NCBI GenBank assembly: GCA_963831545.1 | Contig: CAWHQX010000011.1 | Coordinates: forward strand, 143,206-207,205 | Source: an uncultured Acidobacteriota bacterium | Lineage (GTDB): Bacteria > Acidobacteriota > Terriglobia > Acidiferrales > UBA7541 | Length of the DNA: 64,000 nucleotides | Direction: 5' to 3' | Part shown: positions 9,488-19,625 of the stretch, piece after piece | Layout of the letters: the number at the start of each line of letters is the position of its first letter | Numbering within the stretch: the first letter of the stretch is position 1 | The notes under the pieces: model-generated | The model's database searches: none | What the model was told of the DNA's origin: nothing | Seen by the model: the letters and a program-made list of their open reading frames with translations, nothing else | Program-made: the position numbers and the translations under genes

Positions 9488-11440
9488 TTACGGAACCTCC
9501 ACTGCCCATGCAATGACCTTCCACCCTGCTTTCTCTTTGGCCCACAGTACGAGAAGCGCCGGTGACTCTTCGTCGCCAAAGTTCAGCCGGCTCGCGGACA
9601 AGTAGTAGGTGCCGTACTTCGCATCCACTGGGTTCAAGTCAGGCGTTTTTTCCGGAAGCTTCCGATTCTGGCACTTAAAGCTATCGGCCATCTGATCTGG
9701 TACCGCCATGATCGCGAATTCTTTTGAATTTTCCTGCTCAACCGGCCGCAGCAAATCGTTCACTGGTTGCACGCTCGACATCATGGCCGATAAATTTGCC
9801 CCTTCGGGCACCCTTGCGAGTGCCAATTCCAGTCCTGACCGTATGCGGGCTGAGCGCGTGAGACTCTTCTCAGCTGCCGAAGGTGCGCGCAGACACGCAT
9901 ATGACAACTGCGACGCAAACTTGGAAGCTTGCGCACTATCCCGCTTCCCGATCCACGTCTGATAGAACTGCGTGATGTCTTTCACCGCTTCGGGATCTCC
10001 GGCAATTGACTTCGGCTCTTCTTCTGTGGGTGCGGTGACCGCAGAGTTCTTTGGGACAATTCCCGCGTCGCCGCTGTCCTCGATGCGGACAGCGATAATC
10101 TTCCAGTAGCCACCTTCTTGCGCCCACAGTAACGAAATCATCTTGTTCCCGCTGCTGCCGTGCTTCTCTTTAAACGCGGTGCCGTAGTACTTTTCTTTCG
10201 CCTGTTTTCCTGATTCATCCGCCGGCTCCGGCACGCACTCCTCGTCCGTTCCAATGTCCGGTGGCACACTGACCAGCCGGAATTCCGATCGATATGCGTT
10301 CTTTACCTCTTTCAATTCTTTCAACCATTGGTCGCCCGGCTCGAATACGTCGCTTACAGAATTTACTGCAGAGGTACTCGTGTCGAAATTGTTCATTGCC
10401 ATTTCGACGCGTAGCCTCACCATGCCTGGCGCAACCGGCTTACGGTTCTTTTGCGCCATCGCCTCCAAGCACGGATAGCTGCGTCTGGAAAAATATGCAA
10501 CAGAGAGATTGGGCTGCCTGTCCACAACCCAAGTCTTCAGAAAGTCGTGCGCGCTCTCATCGATGCCCTTATCGGCTTTCACGCCTGGATTCAAAGGGAT
10601 ATTACCCAACCTTTGCGTGGCATTTTCTTTTGGCGGCTTACCACCACTTCCAAGAAGTCCAAACACTTCCCGCCACCAACCGTTTAAGCCGATCCATCGT
10701 TGATCATGTTTATCCAGGTTGTTTCCGGCGCGCACGTCCGAGTTCGAAGCCGTCAAGTGCCCGTTGACGAGGCCCTTCGGAAAACCTGAGGAGCGGTAAT
10801 CCACGTCGACGTCCGCCATTTTGTAGTCGCGCGAAATAGAAAACTGAACCGAGGGTGGACCATTCTTCAGTCGATAGGAGATTGGAAAACCTTTGTGATA
10901 AATGGTGTTGTCATGATCGCGAACGAACTCCTGACTTTCGATGAGGGTGTCGACCGCGTTAGGCTTAAGGTAAACATAGATACGGAATTGACGGTCTCCT
11001 CCCACGCCGGATTCCTCTCCCATCACTTCGTCAACAGAATTCACCAGATCAATGGCGCGACCAAGGCTCTTGCCTTTAGCGTCCGTCAGCTTCGTTTTCG
11101 CCAGTGCGTGAGTCACTGCGTCGAACGTGGTTCGAATCGACAGCCGAGCGTTGTCGTAAGTCTCTTGAGGCGCAAGCTTGCTTCCGGTGGTCTGGTTATA
11201 ATGGCTAACATAGTCGTCGACCAACTGCTTTTGCTCGGGCAGTAGCTTTGAGTAGGATTTCCCGATTTCTTGAGCGTTGCTTACTTGTTTCGGCGGATTA
11301 GTTGGCTTTTTCTTTGGGCTTGGCTGTGTTTGACCTGTCGCCAAATTGCCGGCCACAAATATCGTGAGAACGATCGTGAGTGCTCGAATGCCTGATCTCA
11401 TCGTGAGCCTCCTTCCAGGAAACCTGCGATACGGGAGCAT
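9488..11440 (-). CDS. Large secreted hypothetical protein with an internal duplication
   Basis: 650-aa ORF, signal peptide (IRALTIVLTIFVAGNLATGQ); two similar C-terminal modules ending LWAQEGGYWKIIA and LWAKEKAGWKVIA. Confidence 0.8.
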   Translation of the reverse strand: MLPYRRFPGRRLTMRSGIRALTIVLTIFVAGNLATGQTQPSPKKKPTNPPKQVSNAQEIGKSYSKLLPEQKQLVDDYVSHYNQTTGSKLAPQETYDNARLSIRTTFDAVTHALAKTKLTDAKGKSLGRAIDLVNSVDEVMGEESGVGGDRQFRIYVYLKPNAVDTLIESQEFVRDHDNTIYHKGFPISYRLKNGPPSVQFSISRDYKMADVDVDYRSSGFPKGLVNGHLTASNSDVRAGNNLDKHDQRWIGLNGWWREVFGLLGSGGKPPKENATQRLGNIPLNPGVKADKGIDESAHDFLKTWVVDRQPNLSVAYFSRRSYPCLEAMAQKNRKPVAPGMVRLRVEMAMNNFDTSTSAVNSVSDVFEPGDQWLKELKEVKNAYRSEFRLVSVPPDIGTDEECVPEPADESGKQAKEKYYGTAFKEKHGSSGNKMISLLWAQEGGYWKIIAVRIEDSGDAGIVPKNSAVTAPTEEEPKSIAGDPEAVKDITQFYQTWIGKRDSAQASKFASQLSYACLRAPSAAEKSLTRSARIRSGLELALARVPEGANLSAMMSSVQPVNDLLRPVEQENSKEFAIMAVPDQMADSFKCQNRKLPEKTPDLNPVDAKYGTYYLSASRLNFGDEESPALLVLWAKEKAGWKVIAWAVEVP

Positions 11441-11565
11441 TACGCCCTATCCGGCTTCGGAGGTCAATCTGCACCACCAACCTCCCAACAATATACGAAA
11501 ACGCCCGATCTTCTTCGCCAAGTGTTTCCGTGGAACAGGCACGCGCTTGACGACTTTCGCACCTC

Positions 11566-12104
11566 TCACTGACCTTGGCTCTGCACCAGTGGAAGTAGTG
11601 AGGCCACTTGTGCATCGATCAATAATTCGATGCGGCGTCCTAGTTGGAAGAATGTTGCCGTTTTCTTGCCTGGTAATATTCCACTTACGAGCGGCACGTA
11701 TTTCTTCCGCAACTGGACAACGGACTCACTAATTTCCTCGGATCGCTTTAAATAATCGAGCGCTTTCGCGTCCGTGACCGTGCCCCAGTTCTCTGCGTAT
11801 TCCTTGATCAGCCCCAGCTTTGCATCACCGATCTTCGTGTACTCAGCCCGGTATGATCATAGACCGGCCAGAACTTTGTTGATTCCGATTCAGTTAGACT
11901 TAGATTCGCGGCGATAAGCTGCTTTGTTTGCGGCCGGAGATCCTTCCGCAATAATTCAATATCCTGATCGCTCGCCACCTGCCCGCTGTTGCTTGACGCT
12001 GCCGGTTCCTGCCCAGCCTCCGTCTGCGCAGTGGCATGTGGTCCAACTAAAGAACAAATTCCCGTCAACATCAGTGCTATTGCTATTTTATTGTTCACAA
12101 CCAT
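11566..12104 (-). pseudogene. Frameshifted secreted helical protein (DQDIELLRKDLR...KFWPVYD type)
   Basis: The ORF-track frame breaks after FWPVYD near 11855. A second frame continues YRAEYTKIGDAKLGLIKEYAENW...LPGKKTATFFQL...LPLVQSQGQ to TGA at 11566-11568, consistent with a single-base indel. Confidence 0.7.
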
Positions 12105-12140
12105 TCCCCTTAGTCTGCAATGTTCTGATAGTGCTGTTTA

Positions 12141-13430
12141 TCAGGCGGCGGCAGCTCGCCTTCTGGGTGCGCATTCACGCTCGTTGCGAAATCGGAATAA
12201 ATGTCGAAACGGGACAAAGTTGGCGACGAACATATACTCTGTGAGTCGCAAGCTCCCGTCCAAACGTCTAATCTGACATTCACCTTGCTTCTCTGCTCGG
12301 CTTATGAAAGGCAAACCATTTCCCTCGAGGGTCCGACTTTGACCCAAAAGAAAGGCATCAATGGTGAAGTGCCTGATGTTTGTCTCCGAAACTCCGAACA
12401 AATGCAAGGCTCTCTGATTTGCGGCAACAAATCGGCGGTCTGCGTTCGTCAAAACGATTGCGTCGACCGAGCTGGCCATTAACTCTTGCAAGTCACTCTC
12501 CCTCGCGCGACGTGCTTCCTGTAGCTTCCTGGTTTCCTCCCTGGCATTCTTCCAACGTCCTGTGAGCGTGTTGAGTGTCCGCCGCAGATGTACCGTCATA
12601 TGCTGCAAAGTGACGAAGAGTTGCGACCCGAATTTGCTGATTTTGTGACTCGTGACAGCGATCGCATCAAGGGAGCCTGCGAATACCTTCCGCAGGTCAC
12701 TTGCGCGATAGGATTCCTGCAGTCTCCGAGTTTTCTCCGGGAGAGTCTTCCCCCATTCAGCGAGCCCGTTCAGTGCCCGCCGAACACGCGCGGACACTTG
12801 CTCCAAAGCGGCAACGAGTTGCGGCCTGAATTTGGTAATTTTGTGAGTTGTCACAGCAATTGCATCGAGTGAGCCTGCGAATATCTTCCGCAAGTCGCTT
12901 GTGCGATATGATTCCTGGAGTCTTCGAGTTTTCTCGGGGACAGTCTTCCCCCATTCACCGAGCCTGTTCAGTGCCCGCCGAACATGCGCGGGCACTTGCT
13001 CCAAAGCGGCAACGAGTTGCGGCCTGAATTTGGTAATTTTTTGAGTTGTCACAGCAATTGCATCAAGTGAGCCTGTGAATATCTTCCGCAAGTCGCTTGT
13101 GCGATATGATTCCTGTAGTCTTCGAGTTTTCTCGGGGACAGTCTTCCCCCATTCACCGAGCCTGTTCAGTGCCCGCCGAACATGCGCGGGCACGTGCTCC
13201 AAAGCGGCAACGAGTTGCGGCCTGAATTTGGTAATTTTTTGAGTTGTCACAGCAATTGCATCAAGTGAGCCTGTGAATATCTTCCGCAAGTCGCTTGTGC
13301 GATATGATTCCTGGAGTCTTCGAGTTTTCTCGGGGACAGTCTTCCCCCATTCAGCGAGCCCTTTCAGTGCCCGCCGGACATTTACCGTCACTTGTTCGAA
13401 GAGTTGCGAACTGAATTTGGTGATTTTCAT
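12141..13430 (-). CDS. PAS-domain protein with an N-terminal array of 66-aa tandem repeats and no output domain
   Basis: C-terminus SDLQELMASSVDAIVLTNADRRFVAANQRALHLFG...GECQIRRLDGS is PAS-like; it is preceded by 4 repeats plus a diverged fifth. Confidence 0.8.
   Translation of the reverse strand: MKITKFSSQLFEQVTVNVRRALKGLAEWGKTVPEKTRRLQESYRTSDLRKIFTGSLDAIAVTTQKITKFRPQLVAALEHVPAHVRRALNRLGEWGKTVPEKTRRLQESYRTSDLRKIFTGSLDAIAVTTQKITKFRPQLVAALEQVPAHVRRALNRLGEWGKTVPEKTRRLQESYRTSDLRKIFAGSLDAIAVTTHKITKFRPQLVAALEQVSARVRRALNGLAEWGKTLPEKTRRLQESYRASDLRKVFAGSLDAIAVTSHKISKFGSQLFVTLQHMTVHLRRTLNTLTGRWKNAREETRKLQEARRARESDLQELMASSVDAIVLTNADRRFVAANQRALHLFGVSETNIRHFTIDAFLLGQSRTLEGNGLPFISRAEKQGECQIRRLDGSLRLTEYMFVANFVPFRHLFRFRNERECAPRRRAAAA
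12460..13427. repeat. 198-bp in-frame tandem repeat, about 5 units, no spacers
   Basis: The segment G(T/C)GCGATA(T/G)GATTCC recurs at 12703, 12901, 13099 and 13297, an exact 198-bp period. Confidence 0.95.
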
Positions 13431-13531
13431 GGCACAGCCTCGGCAAAACTCGACCTAAATCTCAGAAGTTCAGCATTCAATTCTTCTCCAGAGCAAGCAT
13501 GTTCCGCTCTCACTTGTTAAGGGCGCGAGTC

Positions 13532-14021
13532 TTAGCTGCCAGCCAGCCACTTGTTCAGGAGAACCTTAACCTCAACGCGTCGGTTTCCTGTGCGTCCGGC
13601 AGCAGACTCGTTGGAGGCTACGGGAGCCACTTCTCCCATAGCGCCAAGCGCCACGATGTGCCGAACCGGAACGTTGCAGTTCTGGAGCAAATATGCAATT
13701 ACGTTTTGCGCGCGCTCCATGCTCAGTTTCTGGTTCATTGCCGCGTCGCCGCTGGAATCGGCATAGCCCTTCACTCGAATGATATAGCCCTAAACGTCGA
13801 CGGCATCGTGGGCCAACTTTTTCAGGCTTCCTGATCCGTTGGGGAAATCTTGGGGCTGCCGCTAGCAAAGTGGACAACCAATTTGTACGATCGTATCGCC
13901 GGTGCGGCGGTGATCAGCCCCTTGACGTTTGTCTCGTCATCACATGCGCCTAAGCGACCATTAATGCCACAAAACAGGCGGTCCACAGGCCTACAAGGAT
14001 TCTCATTCGCTTGCTTTGCAT
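13532..14021 (-). pseudogene. Degraded OmpA-family protein (internal deletion, stops, frameshifts)
   Basis: RBS plus MQSKRMRILVGLW signal peptide interrupted by TAG; LKKLAHDAVDV*GYIIRVKGYADSSG...LSMERAQNV...GRTGNRRVEVKV is an OmpA C-terminal domain. Confidence 0.75.
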
Positions 14022-14193
14022 AAAGCCGTTCCCTCCCTTTAATCTCGGATCAGGACAGAAACTAGACCTGCATGGTCTACCAGGTATTTCCGCGCGTTGG
14101 GCAAGAACAACAATTCAGAAGAGAACGTGGACCAGCAGGCCACGCGCAACCCATCGAACAGCATCATTTATAAATACCGGCGGGAAGTAGCTC

Positions 14194-14213
14194 TACTAGG
14201 GGAATCCCTAGTT
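14194..14213. promoter_or_regulatory. Island palindrome box 3 (TACTAGGG-GAAT-CCCTAGTT)
   Basis: TATAAA on the minus strand at 14172-14167 faces the OmpA pseudogene and PAS-repeat gene. Confidence 0.8.
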
Positions 14214-14395
14214 TGTTCAGTCCTCTCCAGGAAACTCCTCTGGCCCCAGGCCTAACCACATCTCCAGCGGCGGACTTGATGCACATCGGCGCAGGAAGGA
14301 GCGGTGTCAATCCACCCGGCCAGTCCTGTACAGCCGCTTCGTCCCGGCTCCCCGGGACCGGCCCCAACTGGGTTGCCTGTAACCCAAGCGGACAA

Positions 14396-14415
14396 GACTA
14401 GGGATTTCCCTAGGT
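14396..14415. promoter_or_regulatory. Island palindrome box 4 (GACTAGGG-ATTT-CCCTAGGT)
   Basis: TATCAT at 14438-14443, upstream of response regulator 1. Confidence 0.8.
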
Positions 14416-14485
14416 GGCGCGGGAGAGAAGATGTGGATATCATCTGGTGCTGACATTCGCTGACCGCCCAGGAAGGCCACGCATC

Positions 14486-15175
14486 ATGGGGGATGTGTCC
14501 GCGAAGTATTTGCGTCCGCACGTACTGGTTGCGGATGACCATGCAATGTTTGCTGAAGCGTTGCGCGTTTATTTGGGAAAGACTTATACGGTTGTCGGGG
14601 TGGTGCTCGACGGTCGTGCGATGGTAGAGGCAGCTGTTCGGCTCAAGCCTGACTTGATTATTGTGGATGTCGGGATGCCGCTGCTGAACGGCTTGGATGC
14701 GGCCCGAAGAGTTCGAGTGCAAGTTCCAAGCGTCAGATTCATCTTCTTGACCATGCAGGATGATCCAAATCTTGCCGCGGCTGCTCTTGAACTAGGGACA
14801 ATTGCTTTTGTCCTCAAACATTCAGCTGGACCAGAACTGCTGAAGGCCATTGAACAGGTGCTAAGCGGCCGGCCCTACTTGACTCCCAAAGTGCGGTCCG
14901 TGGATTGGGTCCAAACCAAAGCTAGGGCCAGTCATTTCTCAAAGGAAATGACTCCGCGACAAACAGATGTCGTTCAAATGCTGGCCGAGGGACGGCCCAT
15001 GAAGGAGATCGCTGGGCTTCTGGAGTTGAGCGAAAAGACTGTGGAATTCCACAAACACCACATCATGGACGTTTTCAACCTCAAAAGTAATGCTGATGTG
15101 GTTTTGTTTGCTTTGAAGCGCGGCCTCATCTCCATGAATATTGAGCCCGAGCATCGCGCGCGCACCAGAGGATAA
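14486..15175 (+). CDS. NarL/FixJ-family response regulator (REC + LuxR HTH), copy 1
   Basis: VLVADDH, IIVDVGMP, FVLK; HTH TPRQTDVVQMLAEGRPMKEIAGLLELSEKTVEFHKHHIM. Confidence 0.95.
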   Translation: MGDVSAKYLRPHVLVADDHAMFAEALRVYLGKTYTVVGVVLDGRAMVEAAVRLKPDLIIVDVGMPLLNGLDAARRVRVQVPSVRFIFLTMQDDPNLAAAALELGTIAFVLKHSAGPELLKAIEQVLSGRPYLTPKVRSVDWVQTKARASHFSKEMTPRQTDVVQMLAEGRPMKEIAGLLELSEKTVEFHKHHIMDVFNLKSNADVVLFALKRGLISMNIEPEHRARTRG

Positions 15176-15523
15176 TGAATACCCGGTCTCAACTTTAAGG
15201 CTCAATCGTCCGATTCCCGGTAGAGCATCGCGCATTCCCAGACTGACGTTAGCGAGAGTCAGAACGCAAGCTTTAACGCCAGTAGAATGACACGGGGAGA
15301 CTCATCGGAGTCCAGCGATGACGGCGACCAGGAGAACGGATACCCACTCGTTCCACTTACACTAGGAACTTATCCTCTTTAGACTCCGCGAGATGTTAAC
15401 TTAGGCTGAAAGTTCTTGCCAGTGCTATATTCTTGGTCACCGTACCGCTCGTCGGATGCATATACCCCTGAGCGATGACGTTCTTCAGGTGGCGCCATTT
15501 GAGAATCGCCCTGGAGGTTTCTT

Positions 15524-17395
15524 GTGACGGCTCAAGTCGAGCACAGCTTGGCGGGTGAACCTAGCCGCCCCGGTTGGCAGCATTCTGGCTATGGCCAGAG
15601 CGGGAGATCAGGAGCGGTAAGGTTCGCCCTGCTTCTGCTCCTCGTCGCTTTTCTGTTTCCGCAATCGATCGTGGCGCAACGAACGAAGTCTGTCCGGCGA
15701 GTCCTCATTTTCAATGATTTTGGTTCCATTTCGTCGCCCGGGATCGCGATTCTAGATCAGGCCATCGCGGCTGGCCTAGCGAGTTCTCCATACCAGATCG
15801 AACTCTACAACGAGAGTCTTGAGGCAACCTTGTTTCCTGATGAGCCTTCCCAGCACAGCTTCCGTGAATGGTTCATTCGCAAATACGCAGACCGCAAACC
15901 GGATGTAATCATTACCGTCGGACCTGCGTCTCTGAAGTTCATGGTCGAGGCGCATCAGACGTCATTTCCAAATATTCCAATCGTCTTTTGCGGCAGTACG
16001 AAGGAAATGCTGGACCAGCTGAAGCCAGACTCTTACTTTACCGGTGTTTGGGGAGTGGCACAGCCAGAAAAGACATTGATCGCGGCGTTGCACTTGCAAC
16101 CCGACACCAAGCACGTGGTTGTCGTGGGTGGTACTGGGGCGTTTGACCGGCGCCTCGAGGCCATCACCAAGGAAAGTTTGCGCAAGTACGAGTCGCAGTT
16201 CGAGTTCACATACCTCACGGACCTTACGATGCCTGCGCTCCTTGAACGACTAAGGCGGTTGCCGAGCGAGACGATTGTCTATCACACGTCCCTTATGGAG
16301 GACGCCGCGGGGACACACTTTATTGACGCAACCCAGGCCGCTCCTATGGTAGCAAGTGCCGCGAATGCACCTGTCTTTGCAATGGATGACGTCGATGTCG
16401 GTAATGGAACGGTGGGGGGCGACGTGGTGAGTTGGGCAGCGGGCGGTAAAATAGCTGCTGGGATGGTGTTGAGGATTCTCGACGGCGCGAAGCCGCAGGA
16501 AATTCCCATCGTCGGGAACGACAACGTCTATCTGTTCGATTGGCGAGCTCTGCGTCGGTGGGGACTCAAGGAAAGTGCCCTTCCACCCGGAAGCGTCGTG
16601 ATTTTCCGCGAATACTCCGTATGGGAACGCACCAAATGGATTTGGATCAGTGGGCTGCTGATGATCCTCAGTCTAGCCCTCCTTGCCGTCTATCTTCAGT
16701 TCAGTCGAAGACAACTCAAGCAGGCGAGAGAGTTTCAGTTGCAGCTAAGCGGCCTTTTGATCAACGCACAGGAAATGGAACGGAGACGATTGGCGTCGGA
16801 GCTCCATGATGATTTCAGCCAGCGCGTGGCCCTGCTCGCATTGGGATTGGAAAATGCCTCGGAGGCGCTACCTGATTCTTCAGAAGCTACCAAGCGACAG
16901 CTGCACGAGCTTTTTGATTCAGCTAGCGAGCTTGGTGCCGATCTACACACCGTATCCCATCGTTTGCATCCCTCCGTCCTTGAGAGCCTGGGACTTGCCC
17001 CAGGGGTAGACGCTTTATGTAAGGAATTCAGTGCCCGGCAGGACATTCGGGTTGATTTTTCTTCCGAGAATATTCCTCATGTCGTGCCTCCCAACGTAGC
17101 TCTGTGTTTATTCCGTATTGTCCAGGAGGGCCTTCAGAATTTAAGGAAGCATAGTGGAGCTTCGCAGGCCCAGGTAAGCTTGCGTAAGGACGGGGACAGA
17201 TTGCGTCTCTCCGTATGTGATAAAGGTAAAGGTTTCGATACGAAGGAGGTGAGAAATAAAGTGGGCCTGGGAATACCAAGCATGGGAGAACGTGTACGAC
17301 TGCTTGGTGGGCAATTCGAGATTCAATCGGAACCCGGGAAAGGGACCAAAATCGAGGTGTGTATGCCGCTTCCAACAAACGGGATTATCAGCTGA
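15524..17395 (+). CDS. Sensor histidine kinase (periplasmic substrate-binding-protein-like domain, 1 TM, HisKA_3, HATPase_c), copy 1
   Basis: ERRRLASELHDDFSQ H-box, QEGLQNLRKH N-box, DKGKGFD and GLGIPSM G-boxes. Confidence 0.93.
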   Translation: MTAQVEHSLAGEPSRPGWQHSGYGQSGRSGAVRFALLLLLVAFLFPQSIVAQRTKSVRRVLIFNDFGSISSPGIAILDQAIAAGLASSPYQIELYNESLEATLFPDEPSQHSFREWFIRKYADRKPDVIITVGPASLKFMVEAHQTSFPNIPIVFCGSTKEMLDQLKPDSYFTGVWGVAQPEKTLIAALHLQPDTKHVVVVGGTGAFDRRLEAITKESLRKYESQFEFTYLTDLTMPALLERLRRLPSETIVYHTSLMEDAAGTHFIDATQAAPMVASAANAPVFAMDDVDVGNGTVGGDVVSWAAGGKIAAGMVLRILDGAKPQEIPIVGNDNVYLFDWRALRRWGLKESALPPGSVVIFREYSVWERTKWIWISGLLMILSLALLAVYLQFSRRQLKQAREFQLQLSGLLINAQEMERRRLASELHDDFSQRVALLALGLENASEALPDSSEATKRQLHELFDSASELGADLHTVSHRLHPSVLESLGLAPGVDALCKEFSARQDIRVDFSSENIPHVVPPNVALCLFRIVQEGLQNLRKHSGASQAQVSLRKDGDRLRLSVCDKGKGFDTKEVRNKVGLGIPSMGERVRLLGGQFEIQSEPGKGTKIEVCMPLPTNGIIS

Positions 17396-17454
17396 TTTGA
17401 CGCGAATTGACTTTTAACTACGGCTAGAAGCGCCTGCTAACACGAGAACGGCCC

Positions 17455-17474
17455 GGTTAGGGTTTTCCCTAGTT
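17455..17474. promoter_or_regulatory. Island palindrome box 5 (GGTTAGGG-TTTT-CCCTAGTT)
   Basis: TAGAAT at 17496-17501, upstream of the lipoprotein-DASS operon. Confidence 0.8.
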
Positions 17475-17614
17475 GAGCGCACGTCAGATCGAACCTAGAA
17501 TTTGTGTGAACCAAACAGGCTAATGGCCTTGAACACTGAGGTCCAGCCAGTCAGGGTCGTCGCGTTTTCCACCGGACACACGTCGGGGCCACGGTCTGAT
17601 TCTAAGGAGATGCG

Positions 17615-18187
17615 GTGGTGCTTTCTCGGGAAGGCTCGTTGGTCTCGCTCGGGCGACGATTGTTAGTGCTCGCTCTGCTGCTGCCGACCGGATGCAGTCA
17701 GCCGACTATTCCATCCTCTGAGATTTCTACGCCAAGCGAGTGGCACGCATTCGAAGGCACTTGGACCGCCTCAGGTACTCGGCAGACGATTAAGCTGGAG
17801 ACAGACCACCGCGCGTCCACATTCGATTTGACCGGGTCGCTGCTACTAACAGGAGATCGTGGGTTGGGCGTAGGGTTCCGGGCGAGGGCCATGGGTTTCT
17901 CCGACACTCTCGCCGGAATGCAGGGCCGCTGTGTGTGGACTGATGAGCGCGGCGATAAGGTATACAGCGAATTGAACGGTGAGTGGGTGGGAACCGGAAG
18001 ACGCGTCGTCGGCACTTTTCTGGGAGGAACCGGGCGATTCGCCGGCATCACCGGCGAGTATTCCTTTGAGTGGGAGTACGTCGTTGTGTCCGAGGACGGC
18101 GGGGTGAGCGGCAGGTCCGTCAACCTTAAGGGCCGCTCTCGGTTTGGTTCAACGCCTCCCGCGATTACCGGAGAACAATCCAAATGA
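17615..18187 (+). CDS. Hypothetical beta-rich lipoprotein
   Basis: Lipobox-like LLLPTGC; its stop overlaps the DASS start (ATGA coupling). Confidence 0.7.
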   Translation: MVLSREGSLVSLGRRLLVLALLLPTGCSQPTIPSSEISTPSEWHAFEGTWTASGTRQTIKLETDHRASTFDLTGSLLLTGDRGLGVGFRARAMGFSDTLAGMQGRCVWTDERGDKVYSELNGEWVGTGRRVVGTFLGGTGRFAGITGEYSFEWEYVVVSEDGGVSGRSVNLKGRSRFGSTPPAITGEQSK

Positions 18188-19599
18188 GCACAGCCAAGAC
18201 CTCGTTTCGCCAGCAGTTGATGCGAGCCATTCCGTTGGCTCTGGCGCTCGGCATCTGGTACTGGCCAATACCAGCAGGGTTGACGCGAGAGGCCTGGCAT
18301 CTGTTTGCGATCTTTGCGGCGGCGATCGTCGCCGTCATTTTGAATTCATTTCCCCTTTTGACGGCCTCACTACTGGCGGTGTCAGCGGCGGTGCTCACTC
18401 GCACGGTTGACCCGGCTAAGGCTTTCGCTGGCTTTGCCAATCAGAGTGTGCTCCTGGTGGTTGTCGCATTTCTCGTCGCGAACGCGGTCGTGAAATCGGG
18501 GCTCGGACGACGCATCAGCCTCTTTGTGGTGGGCGCCTTCGGGCGATCCACGCTAGGATTGGGCTACAGCATTTTTTTTACCGATGCGATGATCGCACCT
18601 GCATTTCCGAGCAATACGGCGCGCGGTGGCGTGCTCTATCCGATTATTCTTTCTTTGGCACAAAGTTCCGGCTCCAAGCCAGACGACGAAGGTAACCGGC
18701 GGATGGGTGGCTACTTGATGTTCTGCGGAATGGCGAGCCTTAGCGTCTCGTCAGCCCTGTGGCTGACCGCAACTTCGGGCAATCCCATCGCGGTCTCGTT
18801 GGCGGAACCGTATGGCGTGAAGATCAACTTCGGCTCGTGGCTTGTCGCATCGTCGATTCCGATATTGACGATGATCGCGTTACTTCCGCTCGTCCTCTAC
18901 AAATTGTTTCCGCCTGGCGTGACAGACACCCCTGATGCGCCAAAGGCCGCGCGCGAAGCGCTAAGCACGATGGGATCCCTTACGCGAGACGAATGGATTG
19001 TTACGGTGGCGTTCGCATTCATGGTGACTGGATGGGTGATGGCAGGCGCACTGAACTTGAGTCTCGCTGCTGTGGCGTTCGCTGGCCTGGGTGCGCTCCT
19101 AGCTACAAATGTCCTTACGCTCGAGGACATCAACTTACAGGGAGGTACGCTGGTCACGTTTATTTGGCTGGCGGTGTTGTTTGCACTGAGCGGGCAGTTG
19201 AACGAGCTAGGCTTCATGGGCTACGTTGGAGCCCGGCTGACGTCGCTACTTGGAGGGATCGCCTGGCCCATTACTTACGTCGTACTCGTGGTGCTTTACG
19301 TGTTGATGCACTACATGTTCGTCAGTCAGACAGCACAAGTATTGGCGCTGTTCGACGTCTTTCTGGGCGTCGGGGTCAAGACCGGTGTTCCGGCCCCTTT
19401 AATGGCTTTTGCGCTGCTGTTTGCGAGCAGTTATTTCGCGACGATTACGCCGCAGGGAGGCAGCCAGAACGTCATCTTCGTTGGGAGTGGTTATCTGACG
19501 CAAGGTGAACTCTACCGGCTTGGCCTGCTGACTACGATTTTCTGTTTGCTGGTGTTCCTGGTGGTCGGAACGCCGTGGTTGCTCCTGGTCGCGCGGTAA
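18184..19599 (+). CDS. DASS-family anion permease (CitT/TtdT-like)
   Basis: PAFPSNTARGGVLYPI, LWLTATSGNP, GYLTQGE; multi-TM. Confidence 0.9.
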   Translation: MSTAKTSFRQQLMRAIPLALALGIWYWPIPAGLTREAWHLFAIFAAAIVAVILNSFPLLTASLLAVSAAVLTRTVDPAKAFAGFANQSVLLVVVAFLVANAVVKSGLGRRISLFVVGAFGRSTLGLGYSIFFTDAMIAPAFPSNTARGGVLYPIILSLAQSSGSKPDDEGNRRMGGYLMFCGMASLSVSSALWLTATSGNPIAVSLAEPYGVKINFGSWLVASSIPILTMIALLPLVLYKLFPPGVTDTPDAPKAAREALSTMGSLTRDEWIVTVAFAFMVTGWVMAGALNLSLAAVAFAGLGALLATNVLTLEDINLQGGTLVTFIWLAVLFALSGQLNELGFMGYVGARLTSLLGGIAWPITYVVLVVLYVLMHYMFVSQTAQVLALFDVFLGVGVKTGVPAPLMAFALLFASSYFATITPQGGSQNVIFVGSGYLTQGELYRLGLLTTIFCLLVFLVVGTPWLLLVAR

Positions 19600-19625
19600 C
19601 GGTGGCGCGAATAATTTGTGAATCT

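Noticed and set aside
12460-13427. 198-bp repeats as a CRISPR array or DGR template/variable repeat
   Set aside because: The units are contiguous and in frame, with no unique spacers, no adenine-specific variation, and no cas or reverse-transcriptase gene in the window.
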